From Coprothermobacterota bacterium (GTDB lineage: Bacteria; Coprothermobacterota; Coprothermobacteria; Coprothermobacterales; Coprothermobacteraceae): 64,000 bases of DNA. Position 1 is the stretch's first letter; every line of letters starts with the position of its first letter. The notes under the pieces are model-generated. The model worked only from the letters and a program-made list of their open reading frames with translations. It made no database searches and was not told the DNA's origin. Positions 47,114 to 61,616 of this stretch are shown one piece after another. Position numbers and translations under genes: made by a program. The stretch lies in contig JAZIGN010000001.1 of NCBI GenBank assembly GCA_036679065.1, forward strand, positions 236,559 to 300,558, read 5' to 3'.

Positions 47114-47659
47114 GATTTCACCCCCCAGTAGAAATATTATACAGGTAACAAACGACTGAAAACTGTAACGACGTAATAAATTACTATCATTATGCAACAA
47201 AACTGACGTTCTTTTTAAATAAGTCAAGTCCTTTTAGCTGTATTAGTACTCCCTTCGCTCAAATCAAACTAGTGAATGGCAGATCGGCTTCTAGAGCGTT
47301 AATTTGTAAGTCTCTTAGGGAAGAATTATTCTTGGTCTGAGAATCTCCGACACAAAAATGCTCGTCTTTCATTTCTGCGCCCGATCACACGGGAGTAAAC
47401 TTCAAATGCAGCTGTAGAAGGGATATGCCAGCATTTGAACACGTAGTATCCGACCCTACCAACTGTAGAAAAACTAAACCGAGTACTTGATTTGTTTACG
47501 TTGTAATTTACTATCCGGGCGACATAAGGATGCACGATAATACTGCCTTTGTGTTGGTGCAATTTAGGTTGTAAAGTTCTATGACACACACCATTCAGAT
47601 GGCAACTAGCTCAGTTGGGATTTGAGGCGCCAACAAATGCTCAGCGATAACTGTGCGTG

Positions 47660-47863
47660 TTACTCTTCAAAGATGAATATCTCTTCTAGGGGTGCGTTTA
47701 CAGCTTTTGCAATGTCCATGGCAAGCTTTAGGGAAGGGTTGTACTTACCAGCTTCTAAACGCACTATGGTTTCCCTGCGCACATGTACCATGTTTGCTAA
47801 TTCTTCTTGGGTTAACCCAGCTAATTGTCTGTATTTCTTAAGGTTGCATATGAACTTTGCCAT
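47660..47863 (-). CDS. Xre-family HTH transcriptional regulator
   Basis: '[32 protein letters not shown]'. Confidence 0.92.
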   Translation of the reverse strand: MAKFICNLKKYRQLAGLTQEELANMVHVRRETIVRLEAGKYNPSLKLAMDIAKAVNAPLEEIFIFEE

Positions 47864-47875
47864 AGGAAAGCCTAC

Positions 47876-48250
47876 TCAACGCTTCTCCAAATTGTAGAGT
47901 TTTATTCCATAGGTAGTGATCAATGATGCGTAGCATATAGCCACAAGCCCAACGGAAATGTGTCCCAGAATCGCTGCTGGGAAATACAATGACATTATCA
48001 AGTTTATGAGGAAGAAGATCGTTACTTCAACTATTGCCACATCGAAGGCAAACGCTTTTGCTGCTCTTACGTCTTCATAATAACGTTCGTCGAGCACACT
48101 GGTGTCTATCCGAGCAACGAAGAAGTTAGCCAAGAAAGCAAAAAATGCAAAATAGCTAAGATATGAAGGATCATGGGTTGAGAAGTAGTTTAAACCAATT
48201 AGACCAAACAAACTGAAAAACCCAAAAAGGAAATTCACACGTTTTGACAT
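47876..48250 (-). CDS. Small membrane protein (DUF3796-like)
   Basis: Four hydrophobic segments with a central 'DERY' motif; paired with the Xre regulator; AAGGAGG RBS. Confidence 0.7.
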   Translation of the reverse strand: MSKRVNFLFGFFSLFGLIGLNYFSTHDPSYLSYFAFFAFLANFFVARIDTSVLDERYYEDVRAAKAFAFDVAIVEVTIFFLINLIMSLYFPAAILGHISVGLVAICYASLITTYGIKLYNLEKR

Positions 48251-48289
48251 AGTTTTCCTCCTTTAGAAAGTGCAGTGGCCGTCTACTTA

Positions 48290-48305
48290 GTGATAATTAT
48301 ATCAC
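48290..48305 (-). promoter_or_regulatory. Palindromic operator overlapping an extended -10 of the membrane protein/Xre operon
   Basis: GTGATA-atta-TATCAC; the minus strand reads TGaTATAAT across it. Confidence 0.65.
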
Positions 48306-48347
48306 ATCACATTGGAGATACAGCAGAAGTAACAAATCATTTTTTGT

Positions 48348-49238
48348 TTAAGCTCTTTTAAGCATGTAAGGTTTGCCTTCAAGTTTTTGAGTAAACTTTA
48401 CCTGGTTAATGACAAGTTCCACGATATCAGCGGGGAATAGCTGCTTTAAGTCTTCAGCTGTTTTGCCTTCCTCCAAGCCCGCAAGTATTTGATCCAAAGT
48501 TTCATAGTTGACTCCGAGAGAATACTCATCGGTAATACCAGGAATGAGATCGGGGCTGGGTGGTCTATTCCTTATGTCCTCTGGCACTGAAAGGTATTCG
48601 CTCAGCTGCCTTACTTCGGTCTTGTAGAGGTGGGCGATGGGCGCCACGTCACACACGTCGTCACCGTACTTAACGTAGAAGCCGATTAGTCTTTCAGACA
48701 AGTTTGTGCACCCCACTAATGAGTAATCGTTTTTCTCAGCGTAATAGTACAAGGTTGCCATTCTTACTCTGTGTTTTATCCTGTAATAGGCAATTCCTTC
48801 ATAGAAATAAGGTAGCTGTGTGGGCGGTTCTTCCCACTGTGCAAAGAAAACCGGTTTGTTAAGTTTTTTTGTGTAGTCGTTGTAAAAACGTCTTACGATG
48901 GATTCTTTAAGCCCTCTGGTAGGCAACAGAAACAATGGCATGTCCTTGTAGACTCCGAGATGCCTTAGCAGTGGGGTCATGGATATGATTTTATAAGGTA
49001 CCTTCTCTTGCTCTAGAAGCGAGCGGGCCAAAGTAGTTGACTTCTTCTCTGTATCTCTGTCTGGTAGTATCAAGCCAAGGACATTTTCCTTGCCAACAGC
49101 TCGCACTAGAAGCTTAAGTACCACTGCGGAGTCCAAACCTCCGCTTACTCCGATGACGTAGCCGTGCTTCCTCTCACTCACCAGCGCTTCACGGAGAAAA
49201 TGTTCAATTCTCTGCGTTTCTTCCATGGCTGAGTTCAT
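48348..49238 (-). CDS. nadE: NH3-dependent NAD+ synthetase (second nadE)
   Basis: 'GVSGGLDS', 'KHRVRM', 'N.SE..IGFYVKYGD', 'LYKTEV', 'PSPDL'; no glutaminase domain. Confidence 0.88.
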   Translation of the reverse strand: MNSAMEETQRIEHFLREALVSERKHGYVIGVSGGLDSAVVLKLLVRAVGKENVLGLILPDRDTEKKSTTLARSLLEQEKVPYKIISMTPLLRHLGVYKDMPLFLLPTRGLKESIVRRFYNDYTKKLNKPVFFAQWEEPPTQLPYFYEGIAYYRIKHRVRMATLYYYAEKNDYSLVGCTNLSERLIGFYVKYGDDVCDVAPIAHLYKTEVRQLSEYLSVPEDIRNRPPSPDLIPGITDEYSLGVNYETLDQILAGLEEGKTAEDLKQLFPADIVELVINQVKFTQKLEGKPYMLKRA

Positions 49239-49308
49239 AACACAATTATAGTTATGCTATGGTCTATTTGAGTAGTAATTCAGCTTTGCTTATGAGTTCT
49301 TAGGTTTG

Positions 49309-49337
49309 TTGACAGCTGATTTAACATGTGATACTAT
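49309..49337 (+). promoter_or_regulatory. Sigma70 promoter of tRNA cluster 2 (possibly reading into tig-clpPX-lon)
   Basis: TTGACA-17 nt-TACTAT with TG extension. Confidence 0.8.
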
Positions 49338-49348
49338 TTAAATGTTCG

Positions 49349-49424
49349 GGGCCCGTAGCTCAGGAGGCAGAGCACCGGCCTTTTAAGCCGGGAGTCGCAG
49401 GTTCGAATCCTGCCGGGCTCACCA
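49349..49424 (+). tRNA. tRNA-Lys(TTT)
   Basis: CCGGC-ctTTTaa-GCCGG; CCA. Confidence 0.96.
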
Positions 49425-49426
49425 GT

Positions 49427-49502
49427 GGGCCGTTAGCTCAACAGGTAGAGCAACGGACTCTTAATCCGTGGGTTGCAGGTTCGAGTCCTGTACGGCCCAC
49501 CA
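49427..49502 (+). tRNA. tRNA-Lys(CTT)
   Basis: ACGGA-ctCTTaa-TCCGT; CCA. Confidence 0.96.
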
Positions 49503-49510
49503 AAATGGGT

Positions 49511-49596
49511 GCGAAGGTGGCGGAACTGGCAGACGCGCTGGACTTAGGATCCAGTGGGCTAAACCCGTGCGGGTTCAAATCCCGCCCTTCGCACCA
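49511..49596 (+). tRNA. tRNA-Leu(TAG)
   Basis: CTGGA-ctTAGga-TCCAG; long variable arm; CCA. Confidence 0.96.
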
Positions 49597-49652
49597 TTTT
49601 TTATTAGTGGTAGCGAAATACTAGACAGTAATCAAGTTGAGGAGGTCTGACG

Positions 49653-50852
49653 ATGAATTTGAACAAAATCTCTTCTGTGGAAGTGTCTGTTGAGGAAACA
49701 TACGAGGGAGAGCAGTTTCAGAACATTGAGAATAAAACACTAGAAAAACTTGCGCGTAGTGTTCAAATCCCTGGTTTTAGAAAAGGGAAAGCACCAGTTA
49801 ACTTGGTAAGAAATTATGTAAACCAAAGTTACCTCCAAGAAATGCTAGTGGATGAAATCGTAGACGATGTACTTCGCAGCGTAGCTTCAGAGTTAGAAGC
49901 GCCCGTGTACAAGGTTCATGTAAAAGAATCAAGTATTGAAGAGCAAAAAGCTTACATCAAAATGGTGATTGAGTTGCTACCACAACCAAGGTTTGATGAC
50001 ATTGATTTTTCTAAGCTTCCTCCTTACGAAGAACCCAAGGTAACTGAGGAAGAAATTGAAGATGTAGTAGACCATTTACTGGAAGATCAGTCCGTAATAA
50101 GAAGCGTTGAAGTGGAGAAGCCTGAAGACGGCTATCTTGCCGAGATTGAATGGGCTCTTTTGGATGAACAAGGCAATCCCTTGAAACCTAGAAGAACCAC
50201 TATTGAGATTGGTAAAGAAGAGTTCTTAGAAGGAACTGATGATTTGCTAAAGAGCATGACTGTGGGAGAAGAGAAAACCATGGCAACCCCTGATGGGGAA
50301 TCCCAAATACGTATAAAGCTGCTTGATATAAAGGGAAAAGTAAAACCTGAACTAACTGACGAACTGGCAGCTGATTTGGGCTTCGAAAATGTAGAGAACT
50401 TAAGAAAAGCTGCTGAAGAAGAGATTAGAAGATATAAACTGGATCAGTACGTAGATGAGTGGCTGAATAATGTTTTAGATGACATTGCGGAGCAGCTGGA
50501 GATTCAGCTTCCACCATCCATGATAGAAGATGAGTATGAGCATCGCTATGAAGAGTTTATTAACATGCTTGAAAACAGTGGTTTGAACTTAGAATCTTAT
50601 GCTTCACAAGTGCAGAAAACCCCTGATGAGGTCTTAACAGAAATCCGCGAGAATGTAACGAAGTCTCTGAAACGTTATTTCGTACTAGAGTTCTTAAAGA
50701 GTGCCTTAGGCATAGAAGCGGATGAAGCTGAGGTTAATGAATACTTGAAAACCCGTCAGGGTATAAATAGACAAGAAGCTCGTTACAATGTAGAGCTGGA
50801 GAAACTTATTGAAGTATTGAAGGAGAAAGTTTCGGCAAACAAGGAGGTTTGA
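49653..50852 (+). CDS. tig: Trigger factor
   Basis: 'IPGFRKGKAP'; precedes clpP. Confidence 0.93.
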   Translation: MNLNKISSVEVSVEETYEGEQFQNIENKTLEKLARSVQIPGFRKGKAPVNLVRNYVNQSYLQEMLVDEIVDDVLRSVASELEAPVYKVHVKESSIEEQKAYIKMVIELLPQPRFDDIDFSKLPPYEEPKVTEEEIEDVVDHLLEDQSVIRSVEVEKPEDGYLAEIEWALLDEQGNPLKPRRTTIEIGKEEFLEGTDDLLKSMTVGEEKTMATPDGESQIRIKLLDIKGKVKPELTDELAADLGFENVENLRKAAEEEIRRYKLDQYVDEWLNNVLDDIAEQLEIQLPPSMIEDEYEHRYEEFINMLENSGLNLESYASQVQKTPDEVLTEIRENVTKSLKRYFVLEFLKSALGIEADEAEVNEYLKTRQGINRQEARYNVELEKLIEVLKEKVSANKEV

Positions 50853-50855
50853 TTA

Positions 50856-51455
50856 ATGAGTCCACTCATACCCTATGTTATTGAGCAAACGCCACGTGGT
50901 GAGCGTGGTTACGATATATACTCAAGGCTACTAAGAGACAGAATTGTGTTCATAAACGGTGAGATTGAGCCAGAAATGGCAGGAGTTGTCATAGCACAGC
51001 TACTATTCTTGGAAGCAGAAGACCCAAAAAGAGATATATATGTGTACATTAATTCACCTGGTGGCATTGTCACCGATGGTTTAGCTATTTATGACACCAT
51101 GCAGTACATCGAGCCCGATGTGGTAACCATGTGTATTGGACAGGCAGCAAGCATGGCTGCAATCCTTTTAGCTGCCGGTACGAAAGGTAAAAGGTTCGCA
51201 CTTCCTAATTCTCGGATTCTCTTGCACCAACCCATGGGAGGAGTGCAAGGGCAAGTGACTGACGTGGAAATACAGGCAAAGGAATTAGTAAGGATTAAGC
51301 AAAGGATAAATGAGATTCTAAGTGTACATACAGGTCAACCAATTGACAGAATATTGGAGGACACGGACAGAGATTTCATACTGACTCCGGATGAAGCCGT
51401 TCAATATGGTGTCATAGATCAAGTCATAACTAAGCGTATTAGGAAAGAGGATTAG
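50856..51455 (+). CDS. clpP: ATP-dependent Clp protease proteolytic subunit
   Basis: '[11 protein letters not shown]', 'YINSPGG', 'AASMAA', 'HQP'. Confidence 0.97.
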   Translation: MSPLIPYVIEQTPRGERGYDIYSRLLRDRIVFINGEIEPEMAGVVIAQLLFLEAEDPKRDIYVYINSPGGIVTDGLAIYDTMQYIEPDVVTMCIGQAASMAAILLAAGTKGKRFALPNSRILLHQPMGGVQGQVTDVEIQAKELVRIKQRINEILSVHTGQPIDRILEDTDRDFILTPDEAVQYGVIDQVITKRIRKED

Positions 51456-51460
51456 TAACT

Positions 51461-55619
<4,159 letters not shown>

Positions 55620-55623
<4 letters not shown>

Positions 55624-56897
55624 TGAAGAGAACAAAGATCTACGTGGAGACTTTAGGCTGTCCTAAAAACCTTGTTAGAACACAAGATTTTTACAGGCAA
55701 CTAGACTATAGTAATTACGAAGTTGTTTACTCACCTGAAGAAGCTGACGTGATTGTGGTCAATACCTGCGGTTTCATTGCAGATGCCGTAGAAGAATCGC
55801 TGACTGTGGCATTACAACTTAAAGAGGAGTATCCGGATAGAGTTTTGGTGTTTGCAGGATGCGTTCCTTTGCGGTTTGGGACAGAGCTGGTTCAAAGCGA
55901 ATTGCCGGAATTTGATTATGTTATTCCAGGGTTTAACATGCCAAGTGTTTTTTCTGAATATCAAGGGCCGCTACAGACTTCTGTTTTGACGTATCCTTAT
56001 GCGTACGTTTCCATAGCTGAAGGGTGCAACGGTAGATGCAGCTACTGCACAATACCGAAGTTCTGGGGAAGTCTAAAGTCACGGCCGGCTGCTGAGATTG
56101 TTGATGAAATCAATGAGCTTTACGAAATAGGTATCAGAGAAGTAATCCTTGTCTCACAAGATACTGGTGCTTGGGGCACAGATCTTTATGGTAGACCTTC
56201 ATTGGAGCTTTTGCTAAGGGCTCTGCGAGATACACAAATTCCTTGGATTCGTCTTATGTACGTCAATCCTACGTTCATAACCGAAAAACTACTTTTAGCT
56301 TGGAAAGACACTGGCAGGGTTCTACCTTACTTTGACATACCTGTGCAGTCAGGTTCGGACAAGGTGCTGAGGCAGATGCGTCGAGGCTACGACAGAAATC
56401 AGATTCTACAAGCTTTAAAATTGATTGACGGTGTCTTTGCTGAGAATACAAAAAGAACATCAATAATGGTTGGATTTCCAGGCGAAACTGAAGACGATGT
56501 ACAGGCTACATTGGACCTGCTGATTCAAGGGGAGTTTCATCACGTAGGAGTATTTGGCTACTGCGATGAGGAAGAGGCTGATTCTCATAAACTGTTGCCC
56601 AAAGTTGATCCTGAGATCATTAATACCAGAAAGACAGCTGCAGAAGCTGTAGCTCTTGAGTTGCATCGTCTTTGGGAGAAGAAGTGTGTTGGGAAAACAT
56701 ACCAGTGTCTGGTAGAAGCATCAAGCGGTAGCGAATTCATAGGTAGAATTTGGGGACAAGCGCCAGAAATTGACGGAATGTTCTTGGGAAAAGGGGAAGT
56801 TGAACCGGGGGAGATGGTAGAAATTGTTGTGGAAAAAACAAAACCTGGCCAGCTCATTGGCCGTAAAAAAGTGCAAAAAGCTACTTCGAACACATAA
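55620..56897 (+). CDS. rimO: Ribosomal protein S12 methylthiotransferase
   Basis: 'LGCPKN', 'NTCGFI', CxxxCxxC 'CNGRCSYC', 'APEIDG'. Confidence 0.9.
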
Positions 56898-57291
56898 AAC
56901 ATTTGTTACTGTGGAATCATGTACCGGTGGTCAGCTGGCCAGTTGGCTAAGCATGTTACCTGGTTCTTCAAAAAGTTTCTTTGGCGGGTACGTTGTGTAC
57001 ACCAGTGAGGCGAAGGCGGGCTTTTTGGGAGTTCAGACTTCGCAGCCAACGTCGGCGGACACTGCTATTCGGTTGGCCCGAGCGCTACCGAGAAAGGATG
57101 TTAGAGTGTCTGTGGTGGGAAATCTTGGACCTTCATGCGAACCTGGTAGTCCAAAAGGCTCAGTTACAGTTTGTTTGATAACCGAAAAGGCAGAGAAACT
57201 ACTGGTCAAAAAGTTAAATCATGGTCGAATTAGAAACCGCTGGATCAGTGGTTACTGGGTCTTGAATGTTTTGGCGAGGGAGGTACAATGA
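56824..57291 (+). CDS. CinA C-terminal / PncC-like protein, short and divergent (start uncertain, possibly 56857)
   Basis: 'ESCTGG', 'PGSS..F.GG.VVY', 'GNLGP'. Confidence 0.75.
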   Translation: MLWKKQNLASSLAVKKCKKLLRTHKTFVTVESCTGGQLASWLSMLPGSSKSFFGGYVVYTSEAKAGFLGVQTSQPTSADTAIRLARALPRKDVRVSVVGNLGPSCEPGSPKGSVTVCLITEKAEKLLVKKLNHGRIRNRWISGYWVLNVLAREVQ

Positions 57292-57812
57292 GACTCTTTT
57301 TTGGAATACCAGTTTCCGAAGAGGTTAGAGCGTTTTACCTAGAAACCTTAAAACCTCAACTGGAGGCAGAATTTATCGGGAAATTTGTTGAAACAGAGAA
57401 TTTGCACATCACCATGTTATTCTTGGGGGAAGTTGAAAAGGTAGACTTCCTAAATGAAGTTAAGGAAAATCTGAAAGCTATTACTCATTTCCAAGTTACT
57501 GTTGGCGGTTACGGGTATTTTGGACGGCCACCACGCGTCTTGTTTATGGATGTGACTCGCGGCATAGATGACTTAACTGTTGTTCATGATGCTATATGCC
57601 GTAGCATGAAGATAAGAGATACAAGATTTGCTCCGCATGTGACTTTGGCAAGAATAAAAAAATCGCCGAGAGACATTGATGCAGTACTTGAGCTCATGCC
57701 ACATAAAGAGTTTTCCTGGCTTGTACCAAGTGTAGTGCTATATGAATCCAAATTGACAAGTAAAGGCCCGATTTATACGGTTTTCGAAGAAATTCCGCTC
57801 AAGGCCTTATAA
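57288..57812 (+). CDS. thpR: RNA 2',3'-cyclic phosphodiesterase (2H family)
   Basis: 'MRLFFGI', two HxT motifs, 'LYESKL..GPIY'. Confidence 0.92.
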   Translation: MRLFFGIPVSEEVRAFYLETLKPQLEAEFIGKFVETENLHITMLFLGEVEKVDFLNEVKENLKAITHFQVTVGGYGYFGRPPRVLFMDVTRGIDDLTVVHDAICRSMKIRDTRFAPHVTLARIKKSPRDIDAVLELMPHKEFSWLVPSVVLYESKLTSKGPIYTVFEEIPLKAL

Positions 57813-57835
57813 TCTAACTAAGGAGGAAATGCTCT

Positions 57836-58870
57836 ATGGAAACAACTGATAGACAAAATCAAGACGATAAACAAAAAGCATTGGACATGACTGTCCAATA
57901 TGTGGAAAAACGGTTTGGAAAAGGTTCTTTAATGCGTTTGGGTGAGACTGGAAGCAGGATGCAGGTGGAAACTATATCCACTGGCGCTCTGACTTTGGAC
58001 TTGGCTTTAGGTATTGGTGGAATTCCCAGAGGCAGAATTGTGGAGATTTACGGACCAGAAGGGTCCGGTAAAACAACGCTGGCTCTGCATATTATCGCCA
58101 ATGCGCAGAAGAATGGAGGAACAGCAGTCTTCATTGATGCTGAGCACGCGCTTGACCCGGTCTATGCAAGGAAACTTGGGGTAGATGTGGAAAATCTTTA
58201 CATTTCTCAACCTGACTACGGTGAGCAAGCGCTAGAAATTGCTGAAGAACTTAGTAAAAGTGGCGCAGTAGACGTCATCGTTATTGACTCCGTTGCCGCC
58301 TTGGTACCGAAAGCCGAACTTGACGGTGAAATTGGCGACTCTTTTATGGGGTTGCAGGCTCGATTGATGTCACAAGCGTTACGGAAACTCACTGGTATAG
58401 CCTCAAAAACAGGGACAGCCATAGTGTTCTTGAATCAACTGCGTGAAAAGGTTGGTATTACTTTTGGAAACCCTGAAGTTACCCCGGGAGGCCGTGCACT
58501 GAAGTTTTTCGCTTCAGCAAGGATCGAACTAAGGAAGTCTGAGAACATTGGCGGAAGCGGGGATGCAAGTGAGGGAGCAGTTATCAAAGCTAAAATTGTG
58601 AAGAATAAGTTAGCTCCGCCTTTTAGAACAGCCACCTTTGATCTTTATTTTGGTAAAGGCATATCTTGGACAGCTTCAGTAGTTGATGCAGCATTGATCG
58701 CAGGTGTTATACAGAAAAGCGGAAGTTGGTATTCCTACAACGACATAAGACTAGGACAGGGTAAGGAAAACGCTGTGAGCTTCTTGGAGGAGCATCCAGA
58801 AACTCTGGCTGAGATAGAAAGTGCCGTTAGGGGAACCCTGCAAGAGCTTCCAGTGGAGATCGAAGAGTAG
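57836..58870 (+). CDS. recA: Recombinase RecA
   Basis: 'GPEGSGKTT', 'DAEHALD', 'DSVAAL', 'GGRALKF'. Confidence 0.98.
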   Translation: METTDRQNQDDKQKALDMTVQYVEKRFGKGSLMRLGETGSRMQVETISTGALTLDLALGIGGIPRGRIVEIYGPEGSGKTTLALHIIANAQKNGGTAVFIDAEHALDPVYARKLGVDVENLYISQPDYGEQALEIAEELSKSGAVDVIVIDSVAALVPKAELDGEIGDSFMGLQARLMSQALRKLTGIASKTGTAIVFLNQLREKVGITFGNPEVTPGGRALKFFASARIELRKSENIGGSGDASEGAVIKAKIVKNKLAPPFRTATFDLYFGKGISWTASVVDAALIAGVIQKSGSWYSYNDIRLGQGKENAVSFLEEHPETLAEIESAVRGTLQELPVEIEE

Positions 58871-58874
58871 ATGC

Positions 58875-59285
58875 ATGAATTCTTGCGAAAAATTCTGGGC
58901 GGAAGCCTTGAGGCGGCTTTCTCGAAAGGACTATTCTGTACAGGAAATACTTTCTAAAGTTTCGCCTGATTGTAGGAATTTTGTCTTAGAAAGAATTAAT
59001 TCATACTTTCCTGATTTAGATGAAAGGGTTTATCAGAGCGAACTTAGGCGAACTGTGAATCATGGTAAAGGTCCTTTGTACTTGAGAAACCGTTTACGAG
59101 AAAGAAAATTATCCACTGATGAAGTCCGTGAAGTGAACTACGAGGTTTGGCTAGATAGCCTACAAAAAGCAATGGAAAAAGCAAGAAGGAAGTATTCTGA
59201 CAGAGAGAAAGTATTTCAGTTCTTACTCAGACAAGGGTTTACTTATGAGATGGTTTCACGATTCATGAAGGAGGTAGAGATGTGA
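58875..59285 (+). CDS. recX: Regulatory protein RecX
   Basis: 'ALRRLSRKDYSVQE', 'KGP', 'FLLRQGF'; follows recA. Confidence 0.8.
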   Translation: MNSCEKFWAEALRRLSRKDYSVQEILSKVSPDCRNFVLERINSYFPDLDERVYQSELRRTVNHGKGPLYLRNRLRERKLSTDEVREVNYEVWLDSLQKAMEKARRKYSDREKVFQFLLRQGFTYEMVSRFMKEVEM

Positions 59286-60850
59286 TGCAATTGATTATAA
59301 GAATAATTCTAGGTTTTGTAGTTGGTGCCGCAGCTGGCGGTTTGATTACCTATCTTTACGTAACGACTTCTGCAAAATCTAAGATACAAGAAATGCTGGA
59401 TAATGCCGAAAAGGAAGCTTCTTCAATCATAAAGTCAGCTCGTGAAGAGGAGAAGAAAGCGCAAGAGCGCTCTGAGGCATTGCTGAAACAGGCTCAAGAG
59501 CAGGTTTCTTCGATGCTTTCTGAAGCAGGTAAAGAGCTAAAGTCCAGGCGTGAGCAGCTTGAAAAGTTGGAACAACGTTTATCTCAAAGAGAACAACAGC
59601 TTGATCGACGTCTTGACTCGGTAGAGGCAAAAGAAAGAAAAGCAGAACAGAAGCTACAGCTTGCTGAGGAGAAATTAAGGTCAGCAGAGGCCTTTGAGCA
59701 GGAAGCTGTAAAAAAGCTTCAGGAAATCGCTGCCATGAGCACCGAGGAAGCAAAACAATTTCTGTTCTCGAGATTGGAAGAGGAACTAAGAGAAGAATTC
59801 GGTGAAAGGATTAGACGTTTCGAGGAGAATTTCAAGGAAGAAGCAGATAGAAAAGCGTCAGAGATGATTGTCGCGGCTATGCAACGTGTCATAATGGAAA
59901 AACCTGAAGATCCTGTGATTTCGGTAGTGGAATTGCCATCTGAGGAGATAAAAGGGAGAATCATAGGTAGAGAAGGAAGAAACATTAGGACCTTTGAACG
60001 AATAACGGGAGTTGACCTAATCGTGGACGACACTCCTGAGGTAGTGGTGTTGTCCTCTTTTGATCCAGTGCGCAGAGAAATCGCAAGAAGAACACTTGAA
60101 AAGCTCATCCTTGATGGACGTATACAACCTGCTCGTATTGAAGAAATCTTCACGAAAGAGAAAGAAGCTATTGAGCAAGAAATCATTGAAGCTGGCGATA
60201 AAGCTGTTCGTGACTTAGGCATACGTGAAATGCATCCTGATTTGAAGCACTTAGTGGGACAGTTGAAATTCCGCTCGTCCTACGGCCAAAATGTATTGCA
60301 CCATTCCATAGAGGTTGGTTTCATAGCGGGTATGTTAGCTAGTGAGCTTCATTTGGATACTCAATTAGCAAAAAGGTCTGGCCTTTTGCACGATATCGGT
60401 AAAGCTCTAGATCATAATGTGGAAGGCAGTCATGCTTTGATAGGGGCTGAGGTGGCTAGGAAATACAGAGAGAATCCATTGGTAGTAAACGCTATAGCTT
60501 CGCATCACAATGAAGTGGCACAAGAAAGCATATACGCTGTCATAACACAGGTAGCTGATGCTATAAGTGCTTCTAGACCCGGAGCTCGTCGAGAAAACTA
60601 TGCTGCATATATCAAGAGAGTTCAGCAATTAGAGGAGATAGCAAAGAGTTTTGATGGTGTTGAATCAGCATTTGCCATACAAGCTGGTAGGGAGATCAGA
60701 GTCATAGTTCACCCAGAGGTAATCGGTGACAATGAGGCTTTCGCTTTAGCTCGTGACATAGCTAAGAAAATTGAAGAGGAATTGATTTATCCTGGTCAAA
60801 TAAAGGTTACAGTGGTTCGCGAGACTAGGGTGGCCGAATACGCAAAATGA
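59285..60850 (+). CDS. rny: Ribonuclease Y
   Basis: TM anchor, coiled coil, KH 'KGRIIGREGRNIR', HD 'LLHDIGK'. Confidence 0.96.
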   Translation: MQLIIRIILGFVVGAAAGGLITYLYVTTSAKSKIQEMLDNAEKEASSIIKSAREEEKKAQERSEALLKQAQEQVSSMLSEAGKELKSRREQLEKLEQRLSQREQQLDRRLDSVEAKERKAEQKLQLAEEKLRSAEAFEQEAVKKLQEIAAMSTEEAKQFLFSRLEEELREEFGERIRRFEENFKEEADRKASEMIVAAMQRVIMEKPEDPVISVVELPSEEIKGRIIGREGRNIRTFERITGVDLIVDDTPEVVVLSSFDPVRREIARRTLEKLILDGRIQPARIEEIFTKEKEAIEQEIIEAGDKAVRDLGIREMHPDLKHLVGQLKFRSSYGQNVLHHSIEVGFIAGMLASELHLDTQLAKRSGLLHDIGKALDHNVEGSHALIGAEVARKYRENPLVVNAIASHHNEVAQESIYAVITQVADAISASRPGARRENYAAYIKRVQQLEEIAKSFDGVESAFAIQAGREIRVIVHPEVIGDNEAFALARDIAKKIEEELIYPGQIKVTVVRETRVAEYAK

Positions 60851-61602
60851 GGATACTGTTTTTTGGGGACGTCGTAGGCAAAAGCGGTCGCCAAGCTATT
60901 CAAAAGTATTTGAAGAAGTTGAGAGATGAACTAAGCGCTGACGTAGTGGTCGTCAATGGAGAGAACTCAGCTGGAGGATTGGGTATAAACCGTAAATCCA
61001 TAGAGGAGCTTCTTGACGCTGGAGCGAACGTGATAACCACTGGAAACCATGCGTTTCACTGGAAGGAATGGAAAGAGGTTTTTGATAACTACCCCATGGT
61101 GCTCTTTCCTGCAAATTATCCTGGGCTCTTGGAGCGATCGCATTACACCACAAGTAGCGGTCTCACAGTTATGAACATACAAGGGCGAGTTTTTATGGAA
61201 TGCATTGACAATCCTTTCTTAGCAGCTGACAGGCTTCTAGAGGTTGTACCAAAAGACACCTTTAAGCTGGTGGACTTCCATGCCGAAGCAACCAGTGAAA
61301 AACTAGCCATGGGCTACTATCTCGATGGGCGTGTCCATGCTGTGGTAGGTACCCATACTCATATTCAAACGGCAGACGAACGCCTTTTGCCTAATGGAAC
61401 TCTTTATATTACCGATGTAGGAATGACTGGACCCTATGATGACTCAATACTGGGCATGCATAAGGATGCTGTAATCTCGAAGTTCCTCAGCAACAGACCA
61501 GCACGCTATGAAGTTGCAAGCGGTAGGTGTACGGTAAATGCCGTATTGATAGAGATTAACAAGGAAAATAGGGACATTAAGCGTTTGTCCTTTATCGAAT
61601 AA
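60847..61602 (+). CDS. ymdB: YmdB-family metallophosphoesterase
   Basis: 'GDVVG', 'NGEN', 'GNH', '[10 protein letters not shown]', 'GTHTH', 'DVGMTG'. Confidence 0.92.
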   Translation: MRILFFGDVVGKSGRQAIQKYLKKLRDELSADVVVVNGENSAGGLGINRKSIEELLDAGANVITTGNHAFHWKEWKEVFDNYPMVLFPANYPGLLERSHYTTSSGLTVMNIQGRVFMECIDNPFLAADRLLEVVPKDTFKLVDFHAEATSEKLAMGYYLDGRVHAVVGTHTHIQTADERLLPNGTLYITDVGMTGPYDDSILGMHKDAVISKFLSNRPARYEVASGRCTVNAVLIEINKENRDIKRLSFIE

Positions 61603-61616
61603 GGAGCGATGTTTAC

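Larger units (their letters stand above)
39026..47650. mobile_element. tRNA-anchored defence island (no integrase in window; right boundary uncertain)
   Basis: Starts right after tRNA-Arg(TCG); mixed strands, long AT-rich spacers, type I R-M and HEPN genes interrupting housekeeping gene order. Confidence 0.6.

Noticed and set aside
47326..47589. 87-aa minus-strand ORF and a 9-bp inverted repeat TTCAAATGC-N21-GCATTTGAA at 47401-47439
   Set aside because: No RBS or recognisable motif; a single short repeat is not enough to call an RNA or binding site
57770..57835. LexA box upstream of recA
   Set aside because: A TATAAT is present at 57808-57813, but no GAAC-N4-GTTC or CTG-N10-CAG match
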